Shown piece by piece: positions 1-9,370 of a DNA stretch of 64,000 nucleotides (position 1 is the first letter of the stretch; the number at the start of each line of letters is the position of its first letter). A model generated the notes under the pieces. That model was not told the DNA's origin and ran no database searches. It worked only from the letters and a program-made list of their open reading frames with translations. A program made the position numbers and the translations under genes. The DNA is from Sulfuricurvum sp. (lineage in GTDB: Bacteria > Campylobacterota > Campylobacteria > Campylobacterales > Sulfurimonadaceae). The stretch is from assembly GCA_024637295.1 (NCBI GenBank), contig JAGXFL010000001.1:126215-190214 (forward strand), in the 5' to 3' direction.

Positions 1-2220
1 GCAACGCTGCTTGCGGCCCCTTTTATCCATTTTGACAGAATATCATCACGAAAGCTATTCGCAGCGCTAGGGGTATTAACGGCATTTTTCTATTTTGCTA
101 CTTTTATGGGTCTGTTCCCTGTAATGAATGTTGAAAATACAGGAATAACCATAACGAAAATCGTACTTGAATATGTTGTGATATTTGGGTCAATGGTTGC
201 GATGTTGATGTATAAATGGACACGTAGAAACTACCATCCCTTTATGTATCATACGATCATTGCAGCGCTTTTTTTTAATATCATGGCAGAAAGTTGTTTT
301 ACACTTTACGTAGATCTGTATGGTATTACGAATGTACTGGGGCATGTATTCAAATTTATAGCCTATTGGATGATTTTTAGAGGGGTTATAGTCACAGCAC
401 TTAAAGAGCCATTTAGTGTTATGTCCAAGAGTTCTACTGCCTATGATGCTATTCCTGTTCCTGTCGTTATCGTTGACAATAATGGTATTGTACGCCAGAT
501 TAATCGTATGGCAAATCAATATTCATCGGATCATGATGATGTTGTAGGCAAGAGTAATCATGAAGTATTTCATCCAAATGTCAATGTAGAGGTTTGCCCG
601 ATATGCCAAGCTATAGATAAAAAAACATTTCAAACATTAGAGGTTGAATGGAAAAATAAATATGAACAATATACTATCAATCCTATCATTGTAGATGGTG
701 TAGTGACAGGGACATTGCAAATTAATATTGATATGAGTGCTCAACGCATAGCAGAACATGAGGTGCTTAAAAATGCAGCATTATTAAAAACTATTATCAA
801 TACTATCCCAGTGCGGTTGTTTTGGAAAAATAAAGACTCTATGTACTTAGGCTGTAATAATCTTTTTGCTCTTGATGCCGGTCTCAATGATTCTGAGCAG
901 GTCATCGGAATGTACGACAAGCAGTTTTTTTGGAAAGATCAAGCCGATTCGTATTATCAAGATGATAAATATGTTATGGAAAACGGTAAGGGTAAAGTTG
1001 ACTTTGTCGAACCACAGGATAGGGATAATGGTGAAACTGCCTGGGTAAGTACATCAAAAGTACCTTTATATGATGAGAATAGTGACGTTATTGGTGTAGT
1101 TGGTGCCTATGTCGATATAACCGATGTTCGAGAGGCTCAGCTTAAATTAAAAGAGAGTGAAGAATTTTATCGAATGATTTTTTCTTCGGTCAATGAAGCA
1201 ATCATCGTTTTAAACTATTCTACTATCAGTGATTGCAATGATTTGGCACTATCCTTATTTGAAACGAACAGAAAATCGTTGATTGGAATGGATATCTATA
1301 GTGTCGCTTCGAAAATTGAATGCAATGGCGAAAACCTGAACTATCACCTAAAAATTGCAGTTCAAGGTCAAGACACACAAACACAATGCACAATGATATT
1401 GCCTAGCAATGTGACTAAAATAGTCGAAATAAGTATTTCTGGATCTAGTGACTTTTTAGATAATAGACTTATCATGGTAGCGCGGGATGTCACTAAGAAA
1501 ATTGAAAAAGAAAGATTATTTAAAATGCAAACAAGACAAGCGCAAATGGGGGAGATGATCTCTATGATTGCGCACCAATGGCGTCAACCGTTAGCCATCA
1601 TCAATGCGATCACTTCTCAGATGCGGCTAAAACAGTTGATGGATGGAGAAGAAGATTCTGTTGAACACCAAAATCTTGTAAAGATTGAAGAACAGTGTAC
1701 ACATCTATCCTATACTATTTCTGAATATCGTGATTTCTTTAAACCTGATAAACCAAAAGAGTATTTTGATTTTTCATTACTCATACGTCATGCGCTTAAT
1801 CTTCTTGATCATACTTTAAAAAATCATGGAATCATAATTGAGGAGGTTATTTTACAAGATCCAAAAATCTTTAGCTTTCGCAATGAAATTTTACAGGTAT
1901 TAACTGCTTTATTAAAAAACTCGTTGGATGCATTTGAAGATAATAATTGTGAAAATGGTAAGATTGTTCTAACATTAAACAGTGATGAGGATAACTCAAT
2001 TTTGAGTATACATGATAATGCTGGTGGCATCTCAGATGAGAATATGAATAAATTATTTATACCGTATTTTACGACTAAAAGTAAACATGGCGGGACCGGT
2101 TTAGGTCTTTATATGAGTAAAATGATTATACAAGAACATTGTGGGGGAGTTTTAGAAGTATACAGTCAAGATACCGAAACGATATTTACCATTAAAATCC
2201 CTCATGAGGTAAAAAAATGA
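1..2220 (+). CDS. Membrane sensor histidine kinase (MASE3-like TM region, PAS/PAC domains, HisKA-HATPase); 5' end lies before the window
   Basis: Frame is open from base 1 (ATLLAAPFIHFDRISSRK...), so the track start at 106 is internal. H-box MISMIAHQWRQPL, N-box LLKNSLDA, G-boxes DNAGGI and GTGLGLYMS. PAS/PAC motifs YLGCNNLFA and STSKVPLYDENSDVIGVVG. Confidence 0.9.
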   Translation, partial: ATLLAAPFIHFDRISSRKLFAALGVLTAFFYFATFMGLFPVMNVENTGITITKIVLEYVVIFGSMVAMLMYKWTRRNYHPFMYHTIIAALFFNIMAESCFTLYVDLYGITNVLGHVFKFIAYWMIFRGVIVTALKEPFSVMSKSSTAYDAIPVPVVIVDNNGIVRQINRMANQYSSDHDDVVGKSNHEVFHPNVNVEVCPICQAIDKKTFQTLEVEWKNKYEQYTINPIIVDGVVTGTLQINIDMSAQRIAEHEVLKNAALLKTIINTIPVRLFWKNKDSMYLGCNNLFALDAGLNDSEQVIGMYDKQFFWKDQADSYYQDDKYVMENGKGKVDFVEPQDRDNGETAWVSTSKVPLYDENSDVIGVVGAYVDITDVREAQLKLKESEEFYRMIFSSVNEAIIVLNYSTISDCNDLALSLFETNRKSLIGMDIYSVASKIECNGENLNYHLKIAVQGQDTQTQCTMILPSNVTKIVEISISGSSDFLDNRLIMVARDVTKKIEKERLFKMQTRQAQMGEMISMIAHQWRQPLAIINAITSQMRLKQLMDGEEDSVEHQNLVKIEEQCTHLSYTISEYRDFFKPDKPKEYFDFSLLIRHALNLLDHTLKNHGIIIEEVILQDPKIFSFRNEILQVLTALLKNSLDAFEDNNCENGKIVLTLNSDEDNSILSIHDNAGGISDENMNKLFIPYFTTKSKHGGTGLGLYMSKMIIQEHCGGVLEVYSQDTETIFTIKIPHEVKK

Positions 2221-3650
2221 GTATAAAAGAAAAATTAAACCATATCATCCAATGTTCAAAAGGGATGAGTATTTTATATGTAGAAGATGAACAATCAATA
2301 CGAGAAAATACGAAGCTTCTGTTGGAAACGATCTTTTCGAATGTTCAAACAGCTGGTAATGGTCTAGAAGGGCTTAATTTATATAAAGAGTCACTATTTG
2401 ATATTGTTATAACGGATATATTGATGCCCGAGATGAATGGTGTCAATATGGTCAAAAAAATAAAAGAGATCAATCCAAATCAATCTATTATCATTACATC
2501 AGCATGTGAAGACAGTAACTATTTATTAGAACTTATCAATCTAGCTGTGGCTCAATTTATACTAAAACCTATTCAAACAGAACAGTTAATAAATATTTTG
2601 GATGAAGTGGTCACACATCTTTATAATCAGCGTAAGGTAAATGAATTTACGGCGCAGCTCAAACAAGATTTGATTCACCAAACAACACTATTAGAGCAAT
2701 ATAAAGAGGTTGTCGATTTTGCAACTATTGTCTCCAAGACAGACTTAAACGGAAAAATAATCTATGTCAACGAACAGTTTATCCATACAAGTGGGTACAG
2801 TTATGATGAAATTATTGAAAAAGGGCATAAACTTCTTCGACATCCGGATATGAGTCATGAATTTTATAAAAACCTTTGGGAAACGATATTAAGCAAACGA
2901 ATATGGAAAGGTACTATTAAAAATATCAACAAAAATGGTGAACGGTATATTACCGAGACGACCATCAAACCTGTTTTAGATGAGTTTGGCGATATTATCG
3001 AGTTCATCAGCATCAGTTATAATATTACGCAATTGTATGATCTTAATGAAGAGATATGGCAAACACAGCATGAGATGTTGTCACTTTTGGGAGAAGTGGG
3101 CGAGACACGTTCACAAGAAACCGGAAATCATGTACGACGTGTGGCGAAATACTCAAAACTTTTGGGAGAACTAGTAGGGTTGGATGATGAAGATATTCGA
3201 TTGATCTACAGTGCCGCTCCGATGCACGATATTGGAAAAATCGGCATTGCCGATTCTATTTTGTTAAAACCGGGTAAACTCGACCCTGACGAGTACACTA
3301 TTATGAAAACGCACAGTAGTATTGGTTATGATATTTTGAAACATTCAAATCGACCACTACTCCAAGCTGCCGCGATTATTGCAAATGAACACCATGAAAA
3401 ATGGGATGGAACAGGTTACCCAAATGCTCTCAGCGGTGAAGATATCCATATTTATGGACGTATCATCGCATTGGCAGATGTATTTGATGCATTGAGCTGT
3501 GAACGTGTTTATAAAAAAGCGTGGCCGATCGAAAAGATCATTGATTTTATTTTTAGTGAGCGTGGTCGCCATTTTGATCCAAATCTGGTTAATCTATTCA
3601 TGGACAATATTGATCAGTTTACAAAGATTTCACATGAGTTTGCTGATTAA
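2217..3650 (+). CDS. Response regulator REC-PAS-HD-GYP (c-di-GMP phosphodiesterase)
   Basis: REC (LYVEDE, VITDILMPEMNG), PAS (VSKTDLNGKIIYVN), HD motif MHDIGK, HHEKWDGTGYP. Overlaps the kinase stop (ATGA). Confidence 0.92.
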   Translation: MSIKEKLNHIIQCSKGMSILYVEDEQSIRENTKLLLETIFSNVQTAGNGLEGLNLYKESLFDIVITDILMPEMNGVNMVKKIKEINPNQSIIITSACEDSNYLLELINLAVAQFILKPIQTEQLINILDEVVTHLYNQRKVNEFTAQLKQDLIHQTTLLEQYKEVVDFATIVSKTDLNGKIIYVNEQFIHTSGYSYDEIIEKGHKLLRHPDMSHEFYKNLWETILSKRIWKGTIKNINKNGERYITETTIKPVLDEFGDIIEFISISYNITQLYDLNEEIWQTQHEMLSLLGEVGETRSQETGNHVRRVAKYSKLLGELVGLDDEDIRLIYSAAPMHDIGKIGIADSILLKPGKLDPDEYTIMKTHSSIGYDILKHSNRPLLQAAAIIANEHHEKWDGTGYPNALSGEDIHIYGRIIALADVFDALSCERVYKKAWPIEKIIDFIFSERGRHFDPNLVNLFMDNIDQFTKISHEFAD

Positions 3651-3665
3651 ATAAGAGAGGTCTAA

Positions 3666-4355
3666 ATGGCTAAGTTTAATGAATTTGTTGAGTTTAAAAG
3701 TCTGTCGCTGCTATATGCTGAAGATAATGAAATATTGCGTGAGATCACCGAAAAGACTCTTAAGCTAGTCGTAGGAAAGGTATTTTCTGTAACAAATGGT
3801 GAAGAGGCACTTGATGTTTATAAAAATAACTCCATTAACATTGTCATACTAGACATTCACATGGGTAGCATCAGCGGTATCGATGTTGCAAAACAAATAC
3901 GAGAGTATAATGCTAATATTCCTATCGTCATTGTTTCAGGATCTATTGCTACGGAAGATCTCTTAGCTGCATGCAAGCTCAACTTGATTGATTATATTCA
4001 CAAACCTATAGAATTCAATGTTTTGATAAAACTACTTTATCTTGCGGTAGATCGATTGAAATCCCATGGGATGCTCCAAGCAAAAATCAATGATACCTTA
4101 TCGTATGATTATTTTGGAAAAGCATTTGTTCATGAGAATGGTGAAAAAATCATATTGACAAAAAATGAGATTCTAGCGATTGAACTACTGTTGTCCCAAC
4201 GTGGGAAAATTGTCACCTATGAGACTTTTGCACAAATACTGGATGAAGAGATGTCCGATGGTGCACTTAAAAATCTAATCCTCCGTATGCGTAAAAAAAT
4301 GGGAGATGACAGTAATCTTCAAAACTTAGCTAAAATCGGGTACACTTTTATCTGA
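3666..4355 (+). CDS. OmpR-family response regulator (REC + winged helix)
   Basis: LLYAEDN, ILDIHM, YIHKP. C-terminal LTKNE...LKNLILRMRKKMG...KIGY. Confidence 0.88.
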   Translation: MAKFNEFVEFKSLSLLYAEDNEILREITEKTLKLVVGKVFSVTNGEEALDVYKNNSINIVILDIHMGSISGIDVAKQIREYNANIPIVIVSGSIATEDLLAACKLNLIDYIHKPIEFNVLIKLLYLAVDRLKSHGMLQAKINDTLSYDYFGKAFVHENGEKIILTKNEILAIELLLSQRGKIVTYETFAQILDEEMSDGALKNLILRMRKKMGDDSNLQNLAKIGYTFI

Positions 4356-4387
4356 TATTTGAGTATAATTTAATTCTATTTTATTTT

Positions 4388-5203
4388 ATGATAAAAGAAC
4401 AAGGTGGGATTGATTTGAATATTAAGTATCTTAAATCTATTGAATCATTCCCCCCGCTGCGAGAATCCATTAATCAAATCAATATGATTTGTAATAATGA
4501 GCATGTAGATTATAAAGCGCTTGCTAAAGTTATTGAAGCTGATCCTATCTTGTATACAGATATCCTCCGTTATGCTAATTCTCCTCACCATGGATGCAGT
4601 CAGACTATCATTTCAATCACTCAAGTGATCTCACTTTTTGGTGTGGATGCAATACGTGGAATGGCCCTGACAGCTGCATTAAAAGCGCATCCATTTAATG
4701 ACCTTTGTGCATATGGGACAACTGTGGACAAGTGGTTTAAGACGATGGAGTTACAACAGCGCTTTTTAGACCTTTGGCTGTTTAAAACACATCGTCCGAT
4801 ATTACAATCACTTGGCGGGCTTACTTTTATTCTTGAAATAGGGCGCTTAGTTACTTCATATGTACTGATGTCTCGTGATATGTCACATGTCTTTACCGCT
4901 AAAACTCCTTATGAACTTTCATTGGAAGAGGCAAATCTATTTGGTCTTTGCGGAGATGAATTGGCAGCTAAATTATTCAAACTGTGGTATTTTGATGATT
5001 TTATGATTGATTCACTATGCTATTCTATGAGACCGGAATATGGATTGAAACCGGAAACATGCGCAATGTTAAAATGTGCTAGAACTTTGTTTAGTTTAGA
5101 TGGAATCGCCTCTTTTAAAGAGATTGAACCTATTTTGCAAGAGTATGATTTTCCTATTACTGAAGCATTGATTGCCTATGAAAATATACTGAAAGAAGTC
5201 TAA
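4388..5203 (+). CDS. HDOD domain protein
   Basis: SFPPL, LAKVIEADPILYTDILRYANS, ISITQVISLFG, GDELAAKLFKLWYF pattern. Confidence 0.85.
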   Translation: MIKEQGGIDLNIKYLKSIESFPPLRESINQINMICNNEHVDYKALAKVIEADPILYTDILRYANSPHHGCSQTIISITQVISLFGVDAIRGMALTAALKAHPFNDLCAYGTTVDKWFKTMELQQRFLDLWLFKTHRPILQSLGGLTFILEIGRLVTSYVLMSRDMSHVFTAKTPYELSLEEANLFGLCGDELAAKLFKLWYFDDFMIDSLCYSMRPEYGLKPETCAMLKCARTLFSLDGIASFKEIEPILQEYDFPITEALIAYENILKEV

Positions 5204-5273
5204 TTCTTCATTATTCTTGTGATTGTTTTATGACTATATGACACTATGATAAGATTATACTAAATCAATAGAA

Positions 5274-8147
5274 ATGTGGACAATGGCTAAAAAAATTAGA
5301 TGGCATCAATTTAGCAAGAAATTTGATTTTATTAATATACGTCATCTCACTCTTGTGTTACTTGCCTCAACCGTTATTGCTACTATAGTATGGTCCTTTT
5401 CTAAAGCTTACTTTGAAGATCGTGCACTAAAACTATTTAATAGTAAGGTCGATACAAACATTGATCATATTGATAAACGGATAAATAGATATGAGCAAGT
5501 CTTACGCAGTGGTGTTGCTTTTTTCCAGGGCAGTGACCATGTAAGTGCTCAAGAATGGCATCAATTCATCAAATCACTTGAAATCGATAAAAATTATCCT
5601 GGTATGCAGGGTATGGGGTTTTCATTGATGATAGCGCCTTTAGAGGTTGCCCGAGTTGAGCAAGATATGCGGATGAATGGTTATCCAAGCTTTACGATAA
5701 ATCCTAAAAGTAAACGCGATGAATACAGTACAATACTTTATCTAGAGCCGCATGATGAACGAAATCTAAAAGCTATCGGTTATGATATGTATTCAAATCC
5801 AAAGCGTCAAGAAGCCATGAAACAAGCACGAGACACAGGTATTGTGAGCGCTTCAGCACCCGTAAAACTGGTTCAAGAGATTGATACGGATGTTCAGCCT
5901 GGGATTTTGTTATATCTTCCATTGTATAAAACAGGAAACAAGACGGAGACGATTGAAGAAAAGCGTCAATCATTGATTGGATTTGTCTACAGCCCGTTTC
6001 GGATGAGTGACTTATTAAATACCATTGTACTTAAAGATGAGACATTGGATTTTGAAGTATACGATGGTAATGAAAAATCTGAGGAAAACTTTCTTTATAG
6101 TACATTTTCACATAAGAGCTATATCTCTAAATATCAGGTACAAAAAACGCTTTTAGTAGGTGGTCGTAAATGGGATATCTATTTTTACAGCACACCGGAG
6201 TTTGATACATCAACAGAGAATAAATATCCACTTTTATTGACTTTTTTTGGTGTATTTGTCAATTTAGTCCTTTTTATGATCATAGCTTCACTCATACAAA
6301 GTCAAAAAATAATCCGCCTAAAAACATTTCAACTGGAAAAAAATCGATTCTGGCTTAATTCATTGTTAAAATCTGCCGCTGATGGAGTTCATATTCTAGA
6401 TGCTAATGGAAATCTCATCGACTACAGTGCCTCGTTTATTCACTCACTTGGATACACCGATGACGAAGCGAAAGATTTGACTCTCTTTGATTTTGAAGCT
6501 CAGATAGCAAAAGAGGCTCTAATTGTAATGATGGATTCTGTAAGTGAATATCCTGTTACATTTGAAACACGCCATCGCCGTAAAGATGGTAGTATCCTAG
6601 ATGTTGAGGTTACATCTCGTGAGATTGTATTGGATGGTAAGCGATATCTGTATTGCTCTTCACGCAATATTTCTGATAGAAAAAATGTTGAAAAAGCACT
6701 TTTGCATGAAAAAGAGACAGCCCAAAATTATTTGGATATTGTTGATGTTATGATTGTTGTCATCGGTATGGATAATAAAGTCAAACTGATCAATCGAAGA
6801 GGATGCGAGATCATCGGTTATACAGCCAATGAAGTGATCGGTAAGAATTGGTTTGAAAACTTCATTCCGGATCGAATAAAGCCTGAGATAAACAAGCTCG
6901 CGGATAAATTTCAGGAGATGGGGGAAACTCCAAAGTATTACGAAAATCCGGTATTGACAAAAAATGGAGATGAGCGTCTGATCGCATGGACAAATAAACC
7001 ACTCAATGACTCTAATGGTGTTCTAATAGGATTTTTGAGTTCCGGTGAAGACATAACGAACATACGTATTGCAGAAAAAAAACTTTACGAAAACAAAGTG
7101 TTCTATGAAACTATTTTTGCTTCAGCACATGAAGCTATCTTGATTTTAGATAAAAATACGATTGTTGATTGTAATGATATGGCTGTGCAATTATTTGCAT
7201 CGCACAAAGAGAACCTTATTGGAGCAAATGTGCTCGATACTGTGTGGAAGATAGAATGCGATGATACCGCTTTTAATAGTCATCTGGATACTGCTTGTTC
7301 TGGGAAACCTGTATTGGCTCGTTGTTCACTTATCATGGATGGCGTCAATAAAGAGATAAAAAATATTGAGATAACGTTTTCAAAATTTGGGAATGATGAG
7401 GGTAAATTGATTTGGATCGCGCGTGATATAACGCAACAGCTAGAAGAAGAGAAATTATTTAGAATGCAGACACGTCAGGCACAAATGGGAGAAATGGTTT
7501 CAATGATTGCACATCAATGGCGACAGCCTCTTTCAATAATCAATGCTATTACAGCTCAACTGCGTATTCAAGAGGAAATTAAAGATGAGCCAGATATGTT
7601 GCTATCTCAAAAACTAATGAAAATCGAGCAGCAGAGTAATCATCTTTCACAAACGATCTCAGATTATCGAGATTTTTTCCGTCCTGACAAGCCCAAAGAG
7701 TTTGTAACACTATCTTCAATACTGAATAATTCACTCGATCTTATCGATTTTTCCTTAAAAAGTAATGGAATCAAAATAATAAAACTGATTCAAAACGATT
7801 CAAATGTCTTTACTTATCGTAATGAGTTACTCCAAGTTTTAATTGCACTTATGAAGAACTCTATGGATGCATTTATTGAAAATACTATTCATGATGGGAA
7901 CATCATACTTACTGTCGATAAAGATGACAAATATACGATTATTACAATATTGGATAATGCAGGTGGAATTAGTGATGAAGTGATCAGTAGACTTTTCACT
8001 CCCTATTTTACAACCAAAAATAATAATCTTGGTACCGGTCTTGGACTTTATATGAGTAAAACAATTATTGAAGATCATTGCGAAGGCATCCTGAGTGTCT
8101 CTAGCGAAGGGGATGAAACGACCTTCACCATAAAACTGCCATTATAA
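5274..8147 (+). CDS. CHASE-domain sensor histidine kinase with three PAS domains
   Basis: CHASE motifs (YPGMQGMGF, NLKAIGYDMYSNPKRQEAMKQARDTG, GFVYSPFRMSDL) between two TM helices. PAS (FETRHRRKDGS, LIAWTNKPL). H-box MIAHQWRQPL and G-boxes. Confidence 0.92.
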   Translation: MWTMAKKIRWHQFSKKFDFINIRHLTLVLLASTVIATIVWSFSKAYFEDRALKLFNSKVDTNIDHIDKRINRYEQVLRSGVAFFQGSDHVSAQEWHQFIKSLEIDKNYPGMQGMGFSLMIAPLEVARVEQDMRMNGYPSFTINPKSKRDEYSTILYLEPHDERNLKAIGYDMYSNPKRQEAMKQARDTGIVSASAPVKLVQEIDTDVQPGILLYLPLYKTGNKTETIEEKRQSLIGFVYSPFRMSDLLNTIVLKDETLDFEVYDGNEKSEENFLYSTFSHKSYISKYQVQKTLLVGGRKWDIYFYSTPEFDTSTENKYPLLLTFFGVFVNLVLFMIIASLIQSQKIIRLKTFQLEKNRFWLNSLLKSAADGVHILDANGNLIDYSASFIHSLGYTDDEAKDLTLFDFEAQIAKEALIVMMDSVSEYPVTFETRHRRKDGSILDVEVTSREIVLDGKRYLYCSSRNISDRKNVEKALLHEKETAQNYLDIVDVMIVVIGMDNKVKLINRRGCEIIGYTANEVIGKNWFENFIPDRIKPEINKLADKFQEMGETPKYYENPVLTKNGDERLIAWTNKPLNDSNGVLIGFLSSGEDITNIRIAEKKLYENKVFYETIFASAHEAILILDKNTIVDCNDMAVQLFASHKENLIGANVLDTVWKIECDDTAFNSHLDTACSGKPVLARCSLIMDGVNKEIKNIEITFSKFGNDEGKLIWIARDITQQLEEEKLFRMQTRQAQMGEMVSMIAHQWRQPLSIINAITAQLRIQEEIKDEPDMLLSQKLMKIEQQSNHLSQTISDYRDFFRPDKPKEFVTLSSILNNSLDLIDFSLKSNGIKIIKLIQNDSNVFTYRNELLQVLIALMKNSMDAFIENTIHDGNIILTVDKDDKYTIITILDNAGGISDEVISRLFTPYFTTKNNNLGTGLGLYMSKTIIEDHCEGILSVSSEGDETTFTIKLPL

Positions 8148-8266
8148 GCCAGAACAGTTAAGATATATATCTATTGATTATGATAAAATAAAGTCATTTA
8201 AAAATGGTTAATAGCTAAACGCCTTAGTTATTAAGTATTTATATATTTGCTAAAGGTGTTTTTACT

Positions 8267-9352
8267 GTGCCTATAAAGTCCATTTTAACGATTGCCGATA
8301 ATGAAACTTCTACGGATAATGAAAAAATCGCGCACAGTTTTTTAATTTATCTAGGGACCTTTATGTCGATTGGCGGGATAGTATGGGGTAGTATATCTCT
8401 CCTGTCGGGTTTGATTTATCAAGCGCTTATCCCATTTAGTTATGCACTTATCACAGCCTTGAATTTCACGTATTTGTATTATTCCAAAAACTTTAATATT
8501 GCACAAAACCTACAAGTTTTTATCAGTCTCATGACCCCTTTCGCATTGCAAATAGCGTTAGGAGGATTTATCCCCAGCGGTGGGGTTGTTTTATGGTCCG
8601 TTTTAGCGATTTTAGGTGGTTTGACTTTTCTGGAAAAGTCGGTGACGGTACGATGGTTTATAGCCTATATTCTGTTGGTTGCCGTGAGTGGTTTAGTTGA
8701 CCAAGAGATCGTCACTTTTGGTATTGACATTCATAATGTCCCTATAGAGATCAGTATTTTATTTTTTACGCTCAATATTATTTTGATCTCTACCGTTATA
8801 TTTGGGCTTTTTTATTATTTTGTTCATAGTAAAGAAATCGTTCAAAACAAGCTTCTATCTCTAGCTAATACCGATCCCCTTACAGGTCTACCAAACCGTC
8901 GCTCGTTTTTCAATCAATCTGAAATGGAGTTTTTGCGTGCTAAACGATACCTGGGCTTATTTTCATTAATCATGATTGATATTGATTGGTTTAAAAAGAT
9001 CAATGATACGTACGGGCATGATATTGGAGATGAAGTACTGAAAAAGTTTTCAGAACTTTTACATGAGCATGTCCGAGAAGTTGATGTTTTAGGGCGATAT
9101 GGAGGCGAAGAGTTTGTAGTTTTGCTTCCTAACACATCCATTAGTGATGCTCAAATTTTCGTAAGCAGGATTATTAATAGCACGCAGAACATTATCATGT
9201 ATACTGGAAAAGGGACGTTAAAGTTCACCATAAGTGCAGGTGTCACGCAATTGCAAGATGATGATGAAAATTTATCGGAAATTCTTAAACGTGCTGATAG
9301 TGCTTTGTATAAAGCAAAAGAGAGTGGTCGAAACCAATTTCAAGAAGGATAA
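8267..9352 (+). CDS. Membrane-anchored diguanylate cyclase (GGDEF)
   Basis: About 6 hydrophobic helices, then TDPLTGLPNRR, DIDWFKKINDTYGHDIGD, and an RxxD I-site five residues before GGEEF (REVDVLGRYGGEEF). Confidence 0.92.
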   Translation: MPIKSILTIADNETSTDNEKIAHSFLIYLGTFMSIGGIVWGSISLLSGLIYQALIPFSYALITALNFTYLYYSKNFNIAQNLQVFISLMTPFALQIALGGFIPSGGVVLWSVLAILGGLTFLEKSVTVRWFIAYILLVAVSGLVDQEIVTFGIDIHNVPIEISILFFTLNIILISTVIFGLFYYFVHSKEIVQNKLLSLANTDPLTGLPNRRSFFNQSEMEFLRAKRYLGLFSLIMIDIDWFKKINDTYGHDIGDEVLKKFSELLHEHVREVDVLGRYGGEEFVVLLPNTSISDAQIFVSRIINSTQNIIMYTGKGTLKFTISAGVTQLQDDDENLSEILKRADSALYKAKESGRNQFQEG

Positions 9353-9370
9353 AAAAAGCTGTATCCAATT

